From a bacterium (GTDB lineage Bacteria > Verrucomicrobiota > Kiritimatiellia > CAIKKV01 > CAITUY01), in assembly GCA_037134355.1 (NCBI GenBank), contig JBAXMJ010000005.1, forward strand, positions 1 through 53,581: a DNA stretch of 53,581 bases, in the 5' to 3' direction. This document shows, in pieces, positions 17,974 through 28,003 of the stretch. The position numbers were made by a program, and so were the translations under genes. Each line of letters starts with the position of its first letter. Position 1 is the first letter of the stretch. The notes under the pieces are model-generated. The model was not told the origin of the DNA, searched no databases, and was given only the letters and a program-made list of their open reading frames with translations.

Positions 17974-18720
17974 TCATCTTGCAAAGAGGAGTTTAAACCC
18001 TGCCACGGTAAGAACGACTGCCAGTAACCGCTTGATAAGAACTGGCGAGAACTTTCTGCTACCGAAGTATGATCCTGCCGTACCGCAAACCAAGGCAGTG
18101 GCGACAAACGACCATGCGAAGGCTGGGAAGTATTTTGTGGCATTGAGGTTCCCTGCGAGTCCCGAAATGGAGTTTGCAAGGATGAACAACGCGGAAACGG
18201 CGGATGCCGTCTTTGTACTCGCCCATCCCATCAGGAGAACGAGGGGGGTGAGGAATATCCCTCCTCCGGTTCCCGTACAGCCTGCCAGAAGGCCCAATCC
18301 CGCTCCAACGCCACAGGATACAGGCTTCGATGGCGGCCGAATATAAGACTTCTCTTTCGGGTCTATGACGAACTTCAGGGCTGAGAGTATTAGCACCACA
18401 CCCACCAACATCTTGAACAGGTGAGCGGGGAGGTTGAGGTAGCCACCTAAGAAGGCAAAAGGAATCGACAAGACGGCAAACGGCCAGAACAGACGCCAAG
18501 AGAAGTGCCCCGCTCTCCAAAATTGCCATGATCCGATGCACGCCACCATAATATTCAAGACTAACGCAGTGGGCTTAATCGCGTCGGGTGCCATGCTGAA
18601 CAGTGTCATAACCGCGATATATCCGGACGCGCCTGCATGTCCCACAGCTGAATACAGGAACGCCACTATACCAATGCATACGGTCATGCAAACGAGATGC
18701 TCTGGAGTCATGGCATTCAT
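17974..18720 (-). CDS. TSUP (TauE/SafE) family membrane transporter
   Basis: AVGHAGASGY, G.TGTGGGIFL.P; about eight hydrophobic segments. Confidence 0.9.
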   Translation of the reverse strand: MNAMTPEHLVCMTVCIGIVAFLYSAVGHAGASGYIAVMTLFSMAPDAIKPTALVLNIMVACIGSWQFWRAGHFSWRLFWPFAVLSIPFAFLGGYLNLPAHLFKMLVGVVLILSALKFVIDPKEKSYIRPPSKPVSCGVGAGLGLLAGCTGTGGGIFLTPLVLLMGWASTKTASAVSALFILANSISGLAGNLNATKYFPAFAWSFVATALVCGTAGSYFGSRKFSPVLIKRLLAVVLTVAGFKLLFAR

Positions 18721-19028
18721 TCCTTCTCGCGTTCATTCAGAAGAAAGCGATCAAGCTGATGCTCTTCCCTCATTGCGTGAACAATATAAACCGTTTTCCC
18801 GTCAAACCGATAGAAGATCCGGCATGGAGGCACAACAATTTCCCTGTACGGGGTTTCGGGTAATTCCCGTGGCTTCTTTCCGGAATGAGGGAATCGCTCA
18901 AGCCGGCCTACACTTTCAATAACCTTCTGAACCCATCGGCCTGCCGCCATAGGATTATCCATCGCAATGTAGCCTGCAAGGTCATCAAGATCGTCCAAAG
19001 CTGGTTCGGTCCAGATCAGGCGAGCCAC
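18717..19028 (-). CDS. RelE/ParE family toxin
   Basis: LIWTEPALDDL..L..YIA.DNP, LERFP.SG, YREI...PCRIFYR. Confidence 0.9.
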   Translation of the reverse strand: MARLIWTEPALDDLDDLAGYIAMDNPMAAGRWVQKVIESVGRLERFPHSGKKPRELPETPYREIVVPPCRIFYRFDGKTVYIVHAMREEHQLDRFLLNEREKE

Positions 19029-19273
19029 TTTGAGAGCCTCCGCTTGGCTTCGTCGTGGGACACCGTTCTTTTCTCCAGGATTGCGCGTTCCCCCTGCGCA
19101 ATGCCCTCGAGGATTTTCATTCGGCCCTGCATCATCTCAAACATCGAAACATCAACGAGATAAGCAGAAGGAGCGCCGTGCTCTGTAATCAGAACAGGGA
19201 TGCCTGAATCATGTAAATCAGCAAGGATTCTGGTTGCTTGCCGCTTTAGCGTAGTCACGAGTTCTGTTTTCAT
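19016..19273 (-). CDS. Phd/YefM family antitoxin
   Basis: VTTLKRQAT, PVLITEHG.PSAYLVDV; overlaps the toxin gene. Confidence 0.9.
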   Translation of the reverse strand: MKTELVTTLKRQATRILADLHDSGIPVLITEHGAPSAYLVDVSMFEMMQGRMKILEGIAQGERAILEKRTVSHDEAKRRLSKWLA

Positions 19274-19308
19274 AATGTGATACTATAGTGATACATTTAT
19301 CAGCGCAA
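19274..19308 (-). promoter_or_regulatory. Putative TA promoter/operator
   Basis: TTGCGC-17-TAGTAT ending 6 nt before the ATG; imperfect palindrome AATGTGATACTATAGTGATACATT containing two GTGATAC copies. Confidence 0.5.
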
Positions 19309-19414
19309 GTTCATTATCATTTTTTATGCATCGCGGTAGGGACACCCGTTAATGGGAGGACGGCGCCAGTAGCTTGACGCCATAATGCTCTCTCCTATCG
19401 GCAAGGCTTCTTCC

Positions 19415-19443
19415 TGCACAACCCGCATTATGAGGGTTGTGCA
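19415..19443. other. Hairpin with 10-bp perfect arms just downstream of ahbD
   Basis: TGCACAACCC-9 nt-GGGTTGTGCA. No U-tract on the minus strand, so a terminator role is uncertain. Confidence 0.4.
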
Positions 19444-19454
19444 ACACACCAGTA

Positions 19455-20579
19455 CTATGACCTGGCAGGACTGGCGGGGCCTCGCTTGGGCTCGTAGAAG
19501 CAATCGGGGTCCTCTGACAGATAGTCTTCGGTGGCGGCATAGGCGCGGGCGCGACAGCCTTCACAGATGACGCGATAGCCGCAGGCGCCACATTTCCCTT
19601 TGAGCTTGTCGGGATCTCGCAGGGCGTTGAAGACCTCGGAATCTCGCCATATCTCGCCGAAGTCCTGCTTGAGCACATTGCCTACCTGCAAATCGAGGTA
19701 ACCACACGGCTGGACATCGCCGGTTCGCGAAATGAAACAAACTGCTGAGCCTGCCAGACAGCCGCGAGTCATGGCCGCCATACCGTTGGCATTACCGGGA
19801 TGCCCCTGCCCTTGGCCCGGATGTCCGTGACCATGGGGCGCGCCGGGCGGCGGAAGCCCCTTCTCTCGCGCAACTTCCCGCATGATCCGGTAATACTGGG
19901 GCGCACAGGTGGCCTTGATGTGAATGCGGTCCTTGAGTTCGATGGACTTCTCGAACAGCCAGCGCAGGAATTTCTCCAACTGCGCCGGGGCCAGACGGAT
20001 ATCATCCGTGATCTCGGCACCACAGCCGACCGGCACGAGGGAAAACACATGGAAGGCGTCCGCCTTGCGTTCAAGGAGCATGTCCAACAGCGCATCCACC
20101 TCATCAATATTGTGCCTGGCCACGGTGGCATTCACCTGGAGGGACAGTCCTGCACGAGCCATGGCATCGTAACCGCGCAGCGTCGCCTCGAAACTGCCGG
20201 GTACCCCGCGAAACTTGTCATGGGTGGCCGCCGTAGCACCATCAAGGCTCACGCTCACGCGCTTGATACCCACGTCGGCAATCTTGCGCGCCAGGGCATC
20301 ATCCACCAACGTGCCGTTGGTCGCCAGGGCGACCCGACTGAACATGCCCACGCATTCCCTCGCAATTTCGAAGAAATCCTTGCGCACCAGCGGTTCGCCG
20401 CCGGTTAGAATCATGATCGGATCGCCCGTCTTGCGAATCGAGCGGGCCACCTCCAGGATCTGGGACGTCGACAGTTCTCCTGCGACAACCTCATCCTGCG
20501 CCTCAGCTCGGCAATGGCAGCACTTCAGGTTGCACTTTGCCGTCAATTCCCAGAACACCAGTCTCAGGTCGTCCTTCAT
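19455..20579 (-). CDS. ahbD: Radical SAM/SPASM heme b synthase AhbD-like
   Basis: FWELT..CNLKCCHCRA, VPVGCG, KATCAPQYYRI, His/Gly-rich insert, RGCLAG, CEGCRARA; follows ahbC. Confidence 0.85.
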   Translation of the reverse strand: MKDDLRLVFWELTAKCNLKCCHCRAEAQDEVVAGELSTSQILEVARSIRKTGDPIMILTGGEPLVRKDFFEIARECVGMFSRVALATNGTLVDDALARKIADVGIKRVSVSLDGATAATHDKFRGVPGSFEATLRGYDAMARAGLSLQVNATVARHNIDEVDALLDMLLERKADAFHVFSLVPVGCGAEITDDIRLAPAQLEKFLRWLFEKSIELKDRIHIKATCAPQYYRIMREVAREKGLPPPGAPHGHGHPGQGQGHPGNANGMAAMTRGCLAGSAVCFISRTGDVQPCGYLDLQVGNVLKQDFGEIWRDSEVFNALRDPDKLKGKCGACGYRVICEGCRARAYAATEDYLSEDPDCFYEPKRGPASPARS

Positions 20580-21763
20580 GATATCCCGATCTCCTCATCC
20601 GTCAGGTAGCAATCCGGCTCGGCTTCCCAAACATCCCCGGTGACCGCCTCGGCCCGCACCCGGAAGTTCCCGTTGCAGATATCCAGCCACTTGCAGGCGG
20701 CGCAGCGTCCCTTGAGGTAGCGTTTGCGTTCCCGCAGTTTGCCCAGAAGCGGCTCCGTGGCATCCGTCCAGATGGCGCTGAACGGCCGCTGCTTAACATT
20801 GCCGAACGAATAATGCCGCCAGAACTGGTCCGGATGCACCGACCCATCCCAACTCACGCACCCGATGCCGGTTCCACTACTGTTGCCGCCGTTCATCTTC
20901 AGGAGCTTGAGCACCTCGGCCGCCCGCACCGGATCCTCCTTCAGGAGACGCAGGTAGAGGTAAGGGCCGTCGGTATGGTTGTCCACCGTCAGCACTTCCA
21001 CTGGCTTGCCCTTGTCATGCAGTGCCTTGGTACGATTCATAATGAGGTCGACCGTGTTCCGGGTTTCATCATGGGACATGCGGCTATCGTGAATCAGTTT
21101 GCTCCCGCGCCCGGCATAGACCAGGTGATAGAAACAGACCCGGGGAATCCCCTCCCGTTCGACGAGGTCGAGAATCTCACCCACATCCTTGTAGTTTTCA
21201 CGGGTCACCGTGAACCGGAGCCCGACCTTCACCCCGGTCTTCAGGCAGTTCTGGACGCCTTCCAGAGCCATCCTGAAAGCCCCCTTCATGCCACGGAACC
21301 GGTCGTTGGTAGCCTCCATCCCGTCCAGACTGATGCCGACGTAGGAGAGTCCGGCTTCCTTGAGCTGGGCGGCCATCGAGGGGGTAATGAGGGTGCCGTT
21401 CGTAGAGACCACGGCCCTCATTTTTTTTCCGGTGGCGTGCCGGATCAATTCGAAGATATCCGGGCGCATAAGGGGCTCGCCGCCGGAGAACAAAATCACA
21501 GGGGCGCCGAAATCGGCAAGATCATCCAGCAACCGGACGCCGTCCTCGTGTGACAACTCATTGGGATAATCCTGATCGCGGGACTGGGAGTAGCAGTGGA
21601 CGCAACGCAGGTTGCAGCGCCGTCCCACATTCCAGACCACGACCGGCTTCTTGTCCTTTGAAAACTGAAGCAAATGCGATGGCAGATCCTTTGCCAATCG
21701 CCCGTATCGAAGCGGATCCGATGATTCGACCGTGCCACAATAAAGCTTGGATATTCCAATCAT
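20576..21763 (-). CDS. ahbC: Radical SAM 12,18-didecarboxysiroheme deacetylase AhbC
   Basis: Characteristic N-terminus MIGISKLYCGTVE.SD.LRYGR...PSHLLQFS.DKKPVVVWN; CNLRCVHC; YHLVYAGRG; LTVDNH.DG. Confidence 0.92.
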   Translation of the reverse strand: MIGISKLYCGTVESSDPLRYGRLAKDLPSHLLQFSKDKKPVVVWNVGRRCNLRCVHCYSQSRDQDYPNELSHEDGVRLLDDLADFGAPVILFSGGEPLMRPDIFELIRHATGKKMRAVVSTNGTLITPSMAAQLKEAGLSYVGISLDGMEATNDRFRGMKGAFRMALEGVQNCLKTGVKVGLRFTVTRENYKDVGEILDLVEREGIPRVCFYHLVYAGRGSKLIHDSRMSHDETRNTVDLIMNRTKALHDKGKPVEVLTVDNHTDGPYLYLRLLKEDPVRAAEVLKLLKMNGGNSSGTGIGCVSWDGSVHPDQFWRHYSFGNVKQRPFSAIWTDATEPLLGKLRERKRYLKGRCAACKWLDICNGNFRVRAEAVTGDVWEAEPDCYLTDEEIGIS

Positions 21764-23103
21764 AGTATTTTCCTGTCAGGGTTTTCCTGCGTTGAGCCGG
21801 AGGCTTCCCCCTTTTGGGCGCCCTCTTCTTCCGGCTTAAATCCGAACAAATCATTCACCACCCGGGCATACTGCTCCCACTCACCATTGCGGGACGCCCG
21901 TTTCAGCGCCTCGCGCGGCTCTGCCAGCATCTTGTTGACGATCTTCTGCGCCATGACGCGAATTTCCTCACGGGAGGGCTCGGGAAGCGCGGAGAGCTTT
22001 TCCTTGGCCAGTGCCCGCTGTAGCGCCGCCTCGCAGATCTGGCGACCGTGCTCATCAACCCTGCGCAGCAGGAGCCGCAGCCCGCTGCTTTCAAATTGCA
22101 GGGCCAATTCCGAAGTGCCTTGCCGCACCAGATGCCACGCCTGCTCAACGGCCTCCTGCCGCTTCGACAGGTTCTCGGCTGCCACACGCTCCAGATCATC
22201 GATGGTGTAGACGTAGACATTCTTAATAAGACTGGCCGCGGGATCGATATCGCGGGGAACGGCGATATCGATCAGAAGCATCGGGCGTCCCCGTCGGGTC
22301 TCGCTGGCGCGCTGGACAGACTCCGCCTGGATGACAAGATGCGGGGCGCTGGTGGAGCTGATTACGATATCGGCCTTGGCCAGGTAATCATCCAGAAGTT
22401 CGAAGGGAAGGGCGCGGCCGCCGCACCGGTTCGCGAGGTTTTCCCCCCGCTCAAGCGACCGGTTCAGCACGAGAACCTCCCGGGTGCCACGGTCCATCAG
22501 GCTCTTGAGCGCCAGTTCGGCCATCTCCCCGGCTCCAACGATCATGACTGTTTTGGAGCGCAGATCCTCAAAGATCTTCTCGGCAAACTCGACCGCCAGC
22601 GAACTGATGGAGACCCGCCCACGACAGATATCCGTTTCCGTATGCACCCGCTTTGCGGTCTTGAAGGCATGCTGGAACAGCGGGTGAAGCACCTTGCCGG
22701 TGGTACCGGCCTCTTCCGCCAATACCAGGGCCTGCTTGACCTGTCCCAGAATTTCCGTCTCGCCGACCACCAGGGCGTCGAGGCTGGCGGCCACGGCGAA
22801 CAGGTGTTCGGCCGCCTGGAGATCGTGTTTGACATAGAAAAATTGCTCAAGCCCGGCGACATGCTCATTCGCATCCCGGGTGAGAAGCGCCTGGATCAGC
22901 CGGTCTTTATGCAGCGCCACATCCACGCCCGCCACATAGAGTTCGGTGCGGTTGCAGGTCGATAACAAAACCAGTTCAGCACCGGGAAATTCGGAAAGGA
23001 TGCGTTGCAGGGTGGCGGGAATTTGACCCGCTCGAACCGAGGCCTGCTCCCTTAATTCCACCGAGGCGGTGTGAAAGCTGATTCCTATGACTGAAACCAT
23101 CAT
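21760..23103 (-). CDS. hemA: Glutamyl-tRNA reductase (true start 23103)
   Basis: LSTCNRTE, LD.LVVGE.EILGQVK, VGAGEM, DIAVPRDID. ATGA overlap with the upstream gene. Confidence 0.95.
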   Translation of the reverse strand: MMVSVIGISFHTASVELREQASVRAGQIPATLQRILSEFPGAELVLLSTCNRTELYVAGVDVALHKDRLIQALLTRDANEHVAGLEQFFYVKHDLQAAEHLFAVAASLDALVVGETEILGQVKQALVLAEEAGTTGKVLHPLFQHAFKTAKRVHTETDICRGRVSISSLAVEFAEKIFEDLRSKTVMIVGAGEMAELALKSLMDRGTREVLVLNRSLERGENLANRCGGRALPFELLDDYLAKADIVISSTSAPHLVIQAESVQRASETRRGRPMLLIDIAVPRDIDPAASLIKNVYVYTIDDLERVAAENLSKRQEAVEQAWHLVRQGTSELALQFESSGLRLLLRRVDEHGRQICEAALQRALAKEKLSALPEPSREEIRVMAQKIVNKMLAEPREALKRASRNGEWEQYARVVNDLFGFKPEEEGAQKGEASGSTQENPDRKIL

Positions 23104-23945
23104 GTCCCCACCACCCCCGTCCGGACCCGCAGGAAGGAATGGATCGACTCGACGAGAAGCGGAACCCCCACGAAGGCAAATAGCACCAGCACCAGGCCGA
23201 TCACCGTCAACATCGCCACGCCCCGCCCATGACGGTCTGAGCTGGCCCGCATATGAACGAGCACCGCAAAGAAAATCCACGCCGCTGTAACGGCCGCGAC
23301 CTTGGGATCGGTGAGCCATTTATCTCCCACGCCAGACTGGTAGGCCAACATGATGCCGCCGATCGAGGCCACTGTCAGGAAAAGGAATGCCAAGCCGACT
23401 AACCGGCTCATCACATGATCCAGCGTTTCCAGGGAAGGAAGCTGCTCCCAGACGGCCCCGAACTGTTTGTTCTTCAAGTTATAGTCCTGAATGAGGTAGG
23501 CGGCCGCATTGATGCTGGCCAGACTGAAGACCGCATAGGCCGCATAGCCCATGATCACATGAACGATCAGCAGGAACCCCTGGTTGGGGGGCGGAACACC
23601 GGCTGGCACCCCATGGGCAGGAAGCCCCCATAACAGAATCACCGTGACAAAAGGCAGAAGCAGTCCGGATATGCCCCGCGCAAACCGGCGCGGCTTCATC
23701 AGGAGATAAGTGCCACTCAAGGCCAGAGCGTACCAGGTCAACCCGTCAAACCGGCTGAAGGCAGGCAAACATCCCGCCTTGACGACACGCATGACCATCA
23801 CCGCCAGGAAAATGAGGGCTCCCCCGGCCATCAGACTCAGCTCGATTCGCTCCCTCCGGATCCCCGGCTTGAGCAACGAAACCAACGCAAAAAGGGAGGC
23901 CACGGCGTAAACAACCAGTCCGATAATTGCCAGGATCGTTTCCAT
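23100..23945 (-). CDS. CcsA/HemX-like membrane protein (cytochrome c assembly family)
   Basis: Multiple TM segments, HV...Y, QD..LK.K, LPSLETLD, W..DPK; adjacent to hemA. Confidence 0.85.
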   Translation of the reverse strand: METILAIIGLVVYAVASLFALVSLLKPGIRRERIELSLMAGGALIFLAVMVMRVVKAGCLPAFSRFDGLTWYALALSGTYLLMKPRRFARGISGLLLPFVTVILLWGLPAHGVPAGVPPPNQGFLLIVHVIMGYAAYAVFSLASINAAAYLIQDYNLKNKQFGAVWEQLPSLETLDHVMSRLVGLAFLFLTVASIGGIMLAYQSGVGDKWLTDPKVAAVTAAWIFFAVLVHMRASSDRHGRGVAMLTVIGLVLVLFAFVGVPLLVESIHSFLRVRTGVVGT

Positions 23946-24103
23946 AAGTGGATCATATTACGCCACTTTTCAACACAATCTCAAGAAAAATGCCATCAGG
24001 ATGAAGAACACGGAATACCGGACTATTTTTGTCAAATTAACACTTGAAACGTAAAATCGAATATGCAAAATATCTCGCGATCAAAGAATAATCTATCGTC
24101 TCT

Positions 24104-24517
24104 ATGGGCATTATGGACAAGACGGCATTACTGGATCTGATTTATGTGATGACATTTTTTGCTGGTGGCCTGGTTCTGGCCATCAGTCCGATGGTCTTGG
24201 CGCATCTTCTGGCGCCCCGGCGCACGCGGTCGGTCTCGGGAAAAACCTTGGATGTCATTGAGTGCGGCGTTCCGACGATTGGCGCCACCTGGATCCGATA
24301 CGGAGTCGTGTATTATCTTTACGCCCTGATATTCGTGGCGTTTGCCGTGGATGTCCTTTTCCTGTTTCCCGTCGCCGTCATCTACAATGAGACTCCGGGT
24401 CTGACCGAACTTTTTGAGTTCCTCCTCTTTGTAGGAATCCTGACCCTTGTTATCGTGTATGCCTGGAAGAAAGGAGTGTTCACTTGGACGAGCAAACTCA
24501 AGTCCCTCCCGGATTGA
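24104..24517 (+). CDS. nuoA: Complex I subunit A
   Basis: [25 protein letters not shown]. Confidence 0.93.
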   Translation: MGIMDKTALLDLIYVMTFFAGGLVLAISPMVLAHLLAPRRTRSVSGKTLDVIECGVPTIGATWIRYGVVYYLYALIFVAFAVDVLFLFPVAVIYNETPGLTELFEFLLFVGILTLVIVYAWKKGVFTWTSKLKSLPD

Positions 24518-24999
24518 TTCATTTCTCGGTACTGGACGAGGTTCTGGATCTGGCCCGCGCGAATTCGTTGTGGCCGATGACCTTCGGACTGGCCTGTTGC
24601 GCCATTGAGATGATGGCCACCGGGGCCGCACGCTTTGACATGGCCCGGTTTGGATGCGAAGTCTTTCGTCCCTCACCCCGCCAGTGCGATCTCATGATTG
24701 TCTGCGGCACCATCAACAAGAAGATGGCACCTGCCGTGGCCACACTCTATGACCAGATGCCCGAACCCAAGTGGGTGATCGCGATGGGGAACTGTGCGAT
24801 CTCGGGGGGGCCCTTTGTCTTCCCCGGCCAGTACGCCGTCGTTGAAGGGGCCGACAAACTATTCCCCGTCGATGTTTACATACCCGGATGTCCGCCCCGG
24901 CCGGAAGCGCTCATCGAGGGAATCCTTGAATTGGAGAAAAAACTCACCGGCAAGCGCCGCTGGCCGGTTGCCCCACCCCAGTTAAGGGAGACTCCATGA
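24484..24999 (+). CDS. nuoB: Complex I subunit B
   Basis: [11 protein letters not shown] (tandem Cys), [13 protein letters not shown]; TTG start with AAGGAG RBS. Confidence 0.95.
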   Translation: MDEQTQVPPGLIHFSVLDEVLDLARANSLWPMTFGLACCAIEMMATGAARFDMARFGCEVFRPSPRQCDLMIVCGTINKKMAPAVATLYDQMPEPKWVIAMGNCAISGGPFVFPGQYAVVEGADKLFPVDVYIPGCPPRPEALIEGILELEKKLTGKRRWPVAPPQLRETP

Positions 25000-25436
25000 C
25001 CCTTGCTGAGTTATCAACCCAACTCCAGGCACTCCAGGGATCGACGGTTACCGCGACGGATCACTCCAAACAAGGCGTGAATCTGGATGTAACCATCACT
25101 TCAAACATGATTCCAGAAGTGGCCCGCCTCATGGGTGAGGCCAAGTTTGCCCTGGAGGCCATTACCGGAGTGGACTGGTTGGCAGAACAACAGATTGAGA
25201 TCGTGTACGACTTTACCTGTTATGCCACCGGTGTGCGTGTGGCGGCTCGAACCCGGGTCTCCCGCGAAACTCCGGAAGTAGCCTCAATCTCAGCTGTGCA
25301 TCCGGGTGCAAACTGGCATGAGCGCGAATCCCATGATTTCTTCGGGATCACGTTCACCGGGCATCCCGGACTGATCCCGCTTCTGCTTCCCGAGGATGCT
25401 GATTTCCATCCGCTTCGAAAGGACTACGGAACGTGA
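24996..25436 (+). CDS. nuoC: Complex I subunit C (short)
   Basis: ITGVDW, ANWHERE..DFFGI.F.GHP, HPLRKD; ends just after this motif. Confidence 0.93.
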   Translation: MTLAELSTQLQALQGSTVTATDHSKQGVNLDVTITSNMIPEVARLMGEAKFALEAITGVDWLAEQQIEIVYDFTCYATGVRVAARTRVSRETPEVASISAVHPGANWHERESHDFFGITFTGHPGLIPLLLPEDADFHPLRKDYGT

Positions 25437-26551
25437 GCATCGAGGCGAAAAGCATCCATCGCGAAACCTTCGTCATCAATCTGGGGCCCCAGCATCCGGC
25501 CACCCATGGGGTTTTGCGCATCAAACTGACTATGGATGGCGAATATATCGATGACGCCGAACCGATTATTGGATACGGCCATCGCATGCACGAGAAGATG
25601 GGCGAAAACCGCACCTATGCGAAATTTCTCCCGAATACGGCGCGAATGGATTATGTGGCCGCCCTGTTCAATAGCTTTGGTTATGTCGGAGCGGTTGAGC
25701 GTCTGGCGGGAATCACCGTGCCGGAGCGCGCTGAATACATCCGCGTCATCACCGCTGAACTCAACCGGGTTGCCAGTCATTTGCTCTGGGCAGGCGCCTT
25801 CCTGATCGATCTGGGCGGATTTACACCCCTGCTCTACACCTTTGATGACCGCGAACAGATTCTGGATCTTCTGGAATCCGTCACCGGCGCCCGCCTCACC
25901 TTCTGCTACTACCGGTTCGGCGGTGTCTGCAACGATATTGATGATGAGTTTGTGGCAGGAACGCGGCAGTTTATCACCAGACTCCGCAGCCGTATGCCGA
26001 TGTACCACGCCCTGATTACCAAAAACATCATCTTCCGGAAGCGCTGTGAGGGAATCGGCCCCATTACCGCGGACGTGTGCCGCCGTTATGGTGGCACCGG
26101 CCCAGTGTTGCGCGGGGCCGGGGTCGCCTACGATGTACGCAAGGCGGAACCCTACTCGGCCTATCCTCAGTTTGACTTCAACGTCCCGGTCTATCCGGAA
26201 AGCGACTGCATGGCCCGTTACCTGGTCCGCATGGACGAGATAGTGGAAAGCCTGAGGATCATCGAACAGGCGCTCGACAAGTTGCCTGCTGGACCCGTCA
26301 TGGCGGAGAAAGTTCCCCGCTTCCTCAAGCCGCCCAAGGGCGAATGTTACTTCAACGTTGAATCCGCACGGGGCAGTTTCGGCGTCCGCGCCATCAGCGA
26401 TGGAACGGACAAGGCGTATCGGATGAAGTTGCGGTCCCCGTGTTTTTCAAACCTGAGCCTTTTCCAGGAGTGTTCGCGCGGCATGTTGCTGGCGGATGCG
26501 CTGGCCCTGCTGGGCAGCCTGGATCTGGTCATACCGGACATTGACCGATGA
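25433..26551 (+). CDS. nuoD: Complex I subunit D
   Basis: GPQHPATHGVLR, RMDY, ELNR..SH, C-terminal DIDR; no NiFe CxxC motifs. Confidence 0.95.
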   Translation: MSIEAKSIHRETFVINLGPQHPATHGVLRIKLTMDGEYIDDAEPIIGYGHRMHEKMGENRTYAKFLPNTARMDYVAALFNSFGYVGAVERLAGITVPERAEYIRVITAELNRVASHLLWAGAFLIDLGGFTPLLYTFDDREQILDLLESVTGARLTFCYYRFGGVCNDIDDEFVAGTRQFITRLRSRMPMYHALITKNIIFRKRCEGIGPITADVCRRYGGTGPVLRGAGVAYDVRKAEPYSAYPQFDFNVPVYPESDCMARYLVRMDEIVESLRIIEQALDKLPAGPVMAEKVPRFLKPPKGECYFNVESARGSFGVRAISDGTDKAYRMKLRSPCFSNLSLFQECSRGMLLADALALLGSLDLVIPDIDR

Positions 26552-27558
26552 TGACATTACTCCACAACGACTTTGTTCTGGAAATAATCCGACTGGTGCT
26601 TTATGCGGTCGGCTTGATTGCCTTTGCCGCATTCAACGCCGCGTATCTCTCCCTGCTGGAGCGGAAAATCCCCTCGTGGTTCCAGCTCCGCTACGGCCCC
26701 AAGGAAGTCGGCTGGTGGGGACTCCTGCAACCTGTTGCCGATGGAATCAAATTGCTCACCAAGCAGCTTCTCGTGCAACGGGGTGCGGATGTGGTGCTCT
26801 TCAAGCTGGCGCCGGCCATGGTGATCATTCCGGCCATCATGTGCCTCGCGACCATTCCCTTCAGCGAGACGCTTGTGCCGCGCAACATCAACCTGGGACT
26901 CCTGGTGATCTTCTCCTTCTCCGCCATCCACGTCATCGGAACCATGCTCGGCGGCTGGGCGTCCTACAACAAATATGCCAGCATCGCGGCAGCCCGCGTA
27001 GTGGCCCAGAACATTGCCTACGAAATCCCCCTGCTCCTCATTCTCGTGTCGCTGGTCATGATCACCCATTCTTTCAATCTCCACACGATTGTCGACCAGC
27101 AGGCGGGCGGCTTCTGGCACTGGAATGTGCTGCGCCTTTCCGCGAGCCCGCTGATGCCGGTGGCGTTCATCATCTATTTCATCTGTATGCTCGCGGAATC
27201 AAACCGGGCCCCCTTTGACATGGTTGAGGCCGAGAGCGAACTCATTGCGGGTGCCTTCACCGAATATTCCGGCATGGGATTCGGCCTTTTCTTTATTGCC
27301 GAATACGCCAACATCGTCGTGGGCTGTGCCCTGGGCACCATCCTGTTCCTGGGGGGCTGGCACTGCCCGTTCGGACTTCTGCCGGGCTTGCACTGGTTCC
27401 TGATCAAGATGTATTTCCTGTGTTTCACGGTCATCTGGGTCAGGTGGTCGTTCCCCCGCACGCAGTTCTATGGATTGCTGAACCTGTCCTGGAAAGTCCT
27501 GATTCCCATTGCCCTGGCCAACCTGATGATCACCGCCATAATGCTCAAACTTTTTTAA
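26548..27558 (+). CDS. nuoH: Complex I subunit H
   Basis: ERK....Q.R.GP, QP.ADG.KL..K, NRAPFD..EAESEL..G..TEYSG. Confidence 0.95.
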   Translation: MMTLLHNDFVLEIIRLVLYAVGLIAFAAFNAAYLSLLERKIPSWFQLRYGPKEVGWWGLLQPVADGIKLLTKQLLVQRGADVVLFKLAPAMVIIPAIMCLATIPFSETLVPRNINLGLLVIFSFSAIHVIGTMLGGWASYNKYASIAAARVVAQNIAYEIPLLLILVSLVMITHSFNLHTIVDQQAGGFWHWNVLRLSASPLMPVAFIIYFICMLAESNRAPFDMVEAESELIAGAFTEYSGMGFGLFFIAEYANIVVGCALGTILFLGGWHCPFGLLPGLHWFLIKMYFLCFTVIWVRWSFPRTQFYGLLNLSWKVLIPIALANLMITAIMLKLF

Positions 27559-27562
27559 CACC

Positions 27563-28003
27563 ATGTGGAACTACTTCAAACTGATTGCAACCGGATCCTG
27601 GAGCCTGGCCGTGGGAATGTGGATTGTCCTCCTCCACGCGTTCAAGCGTCCGGTGACCGTCCAATATCCCTATGAAAGCGTCACGCTGCCCGCCCGCTAC
27701 CGCGGACACATTGAACTCAAGCGCGAGGCGGCCGGCGGCCAACCGAAATGCGTCGCCTGCCTGGCCTGCCAGCGCGCCTGCCCCTCGGGCTGTATTGCCC
27801 TGGATGGCGTGAAACCCGAGGGGGCGACGCGCAAGGTACTGACCCGGTACACGCTGAATTTCACCACCTGCAGCCTGTGCGGCCTCTGCGTGGAAAGTTG
27901 CGCTTTCGATGCACTTCAGTTTTCAAAGGACTACAACCTGGCCTCGGTTCGCAAGGAGGACTACCAGATGGATCTACTCACCCCCGGGGAGAAACACTCG
28001 TGA
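27563..28003 (+). CDS. nuoI: Complex I subunit I
   Basis: TVQYP, CVACLACQRACP, CSLCGLCVESC. Confidence 0.93.
   Translation: MWNYFKLIATGSWSLAVGMWIVLLHAFKRPVTVQYPYESVTLPARYRGHIELKREAAGGQPKCVACLACQRACPSGCIALDGVKPEGATRKVLTRYTLNFTTCSLCGLCVESCAFDALQFSKDYNLASVRKEDYQMDLLTPGEKHS

Noticed and set aside
25433-26551. Second NiFe hydrogenase or Ehr/Mbx-type large subunit
   Set aside because: It has no CxxC ligands, the quinone-site His and Tyr are present, and nuoA/J/K and the tandem-Cys NuoB indicate complex I.
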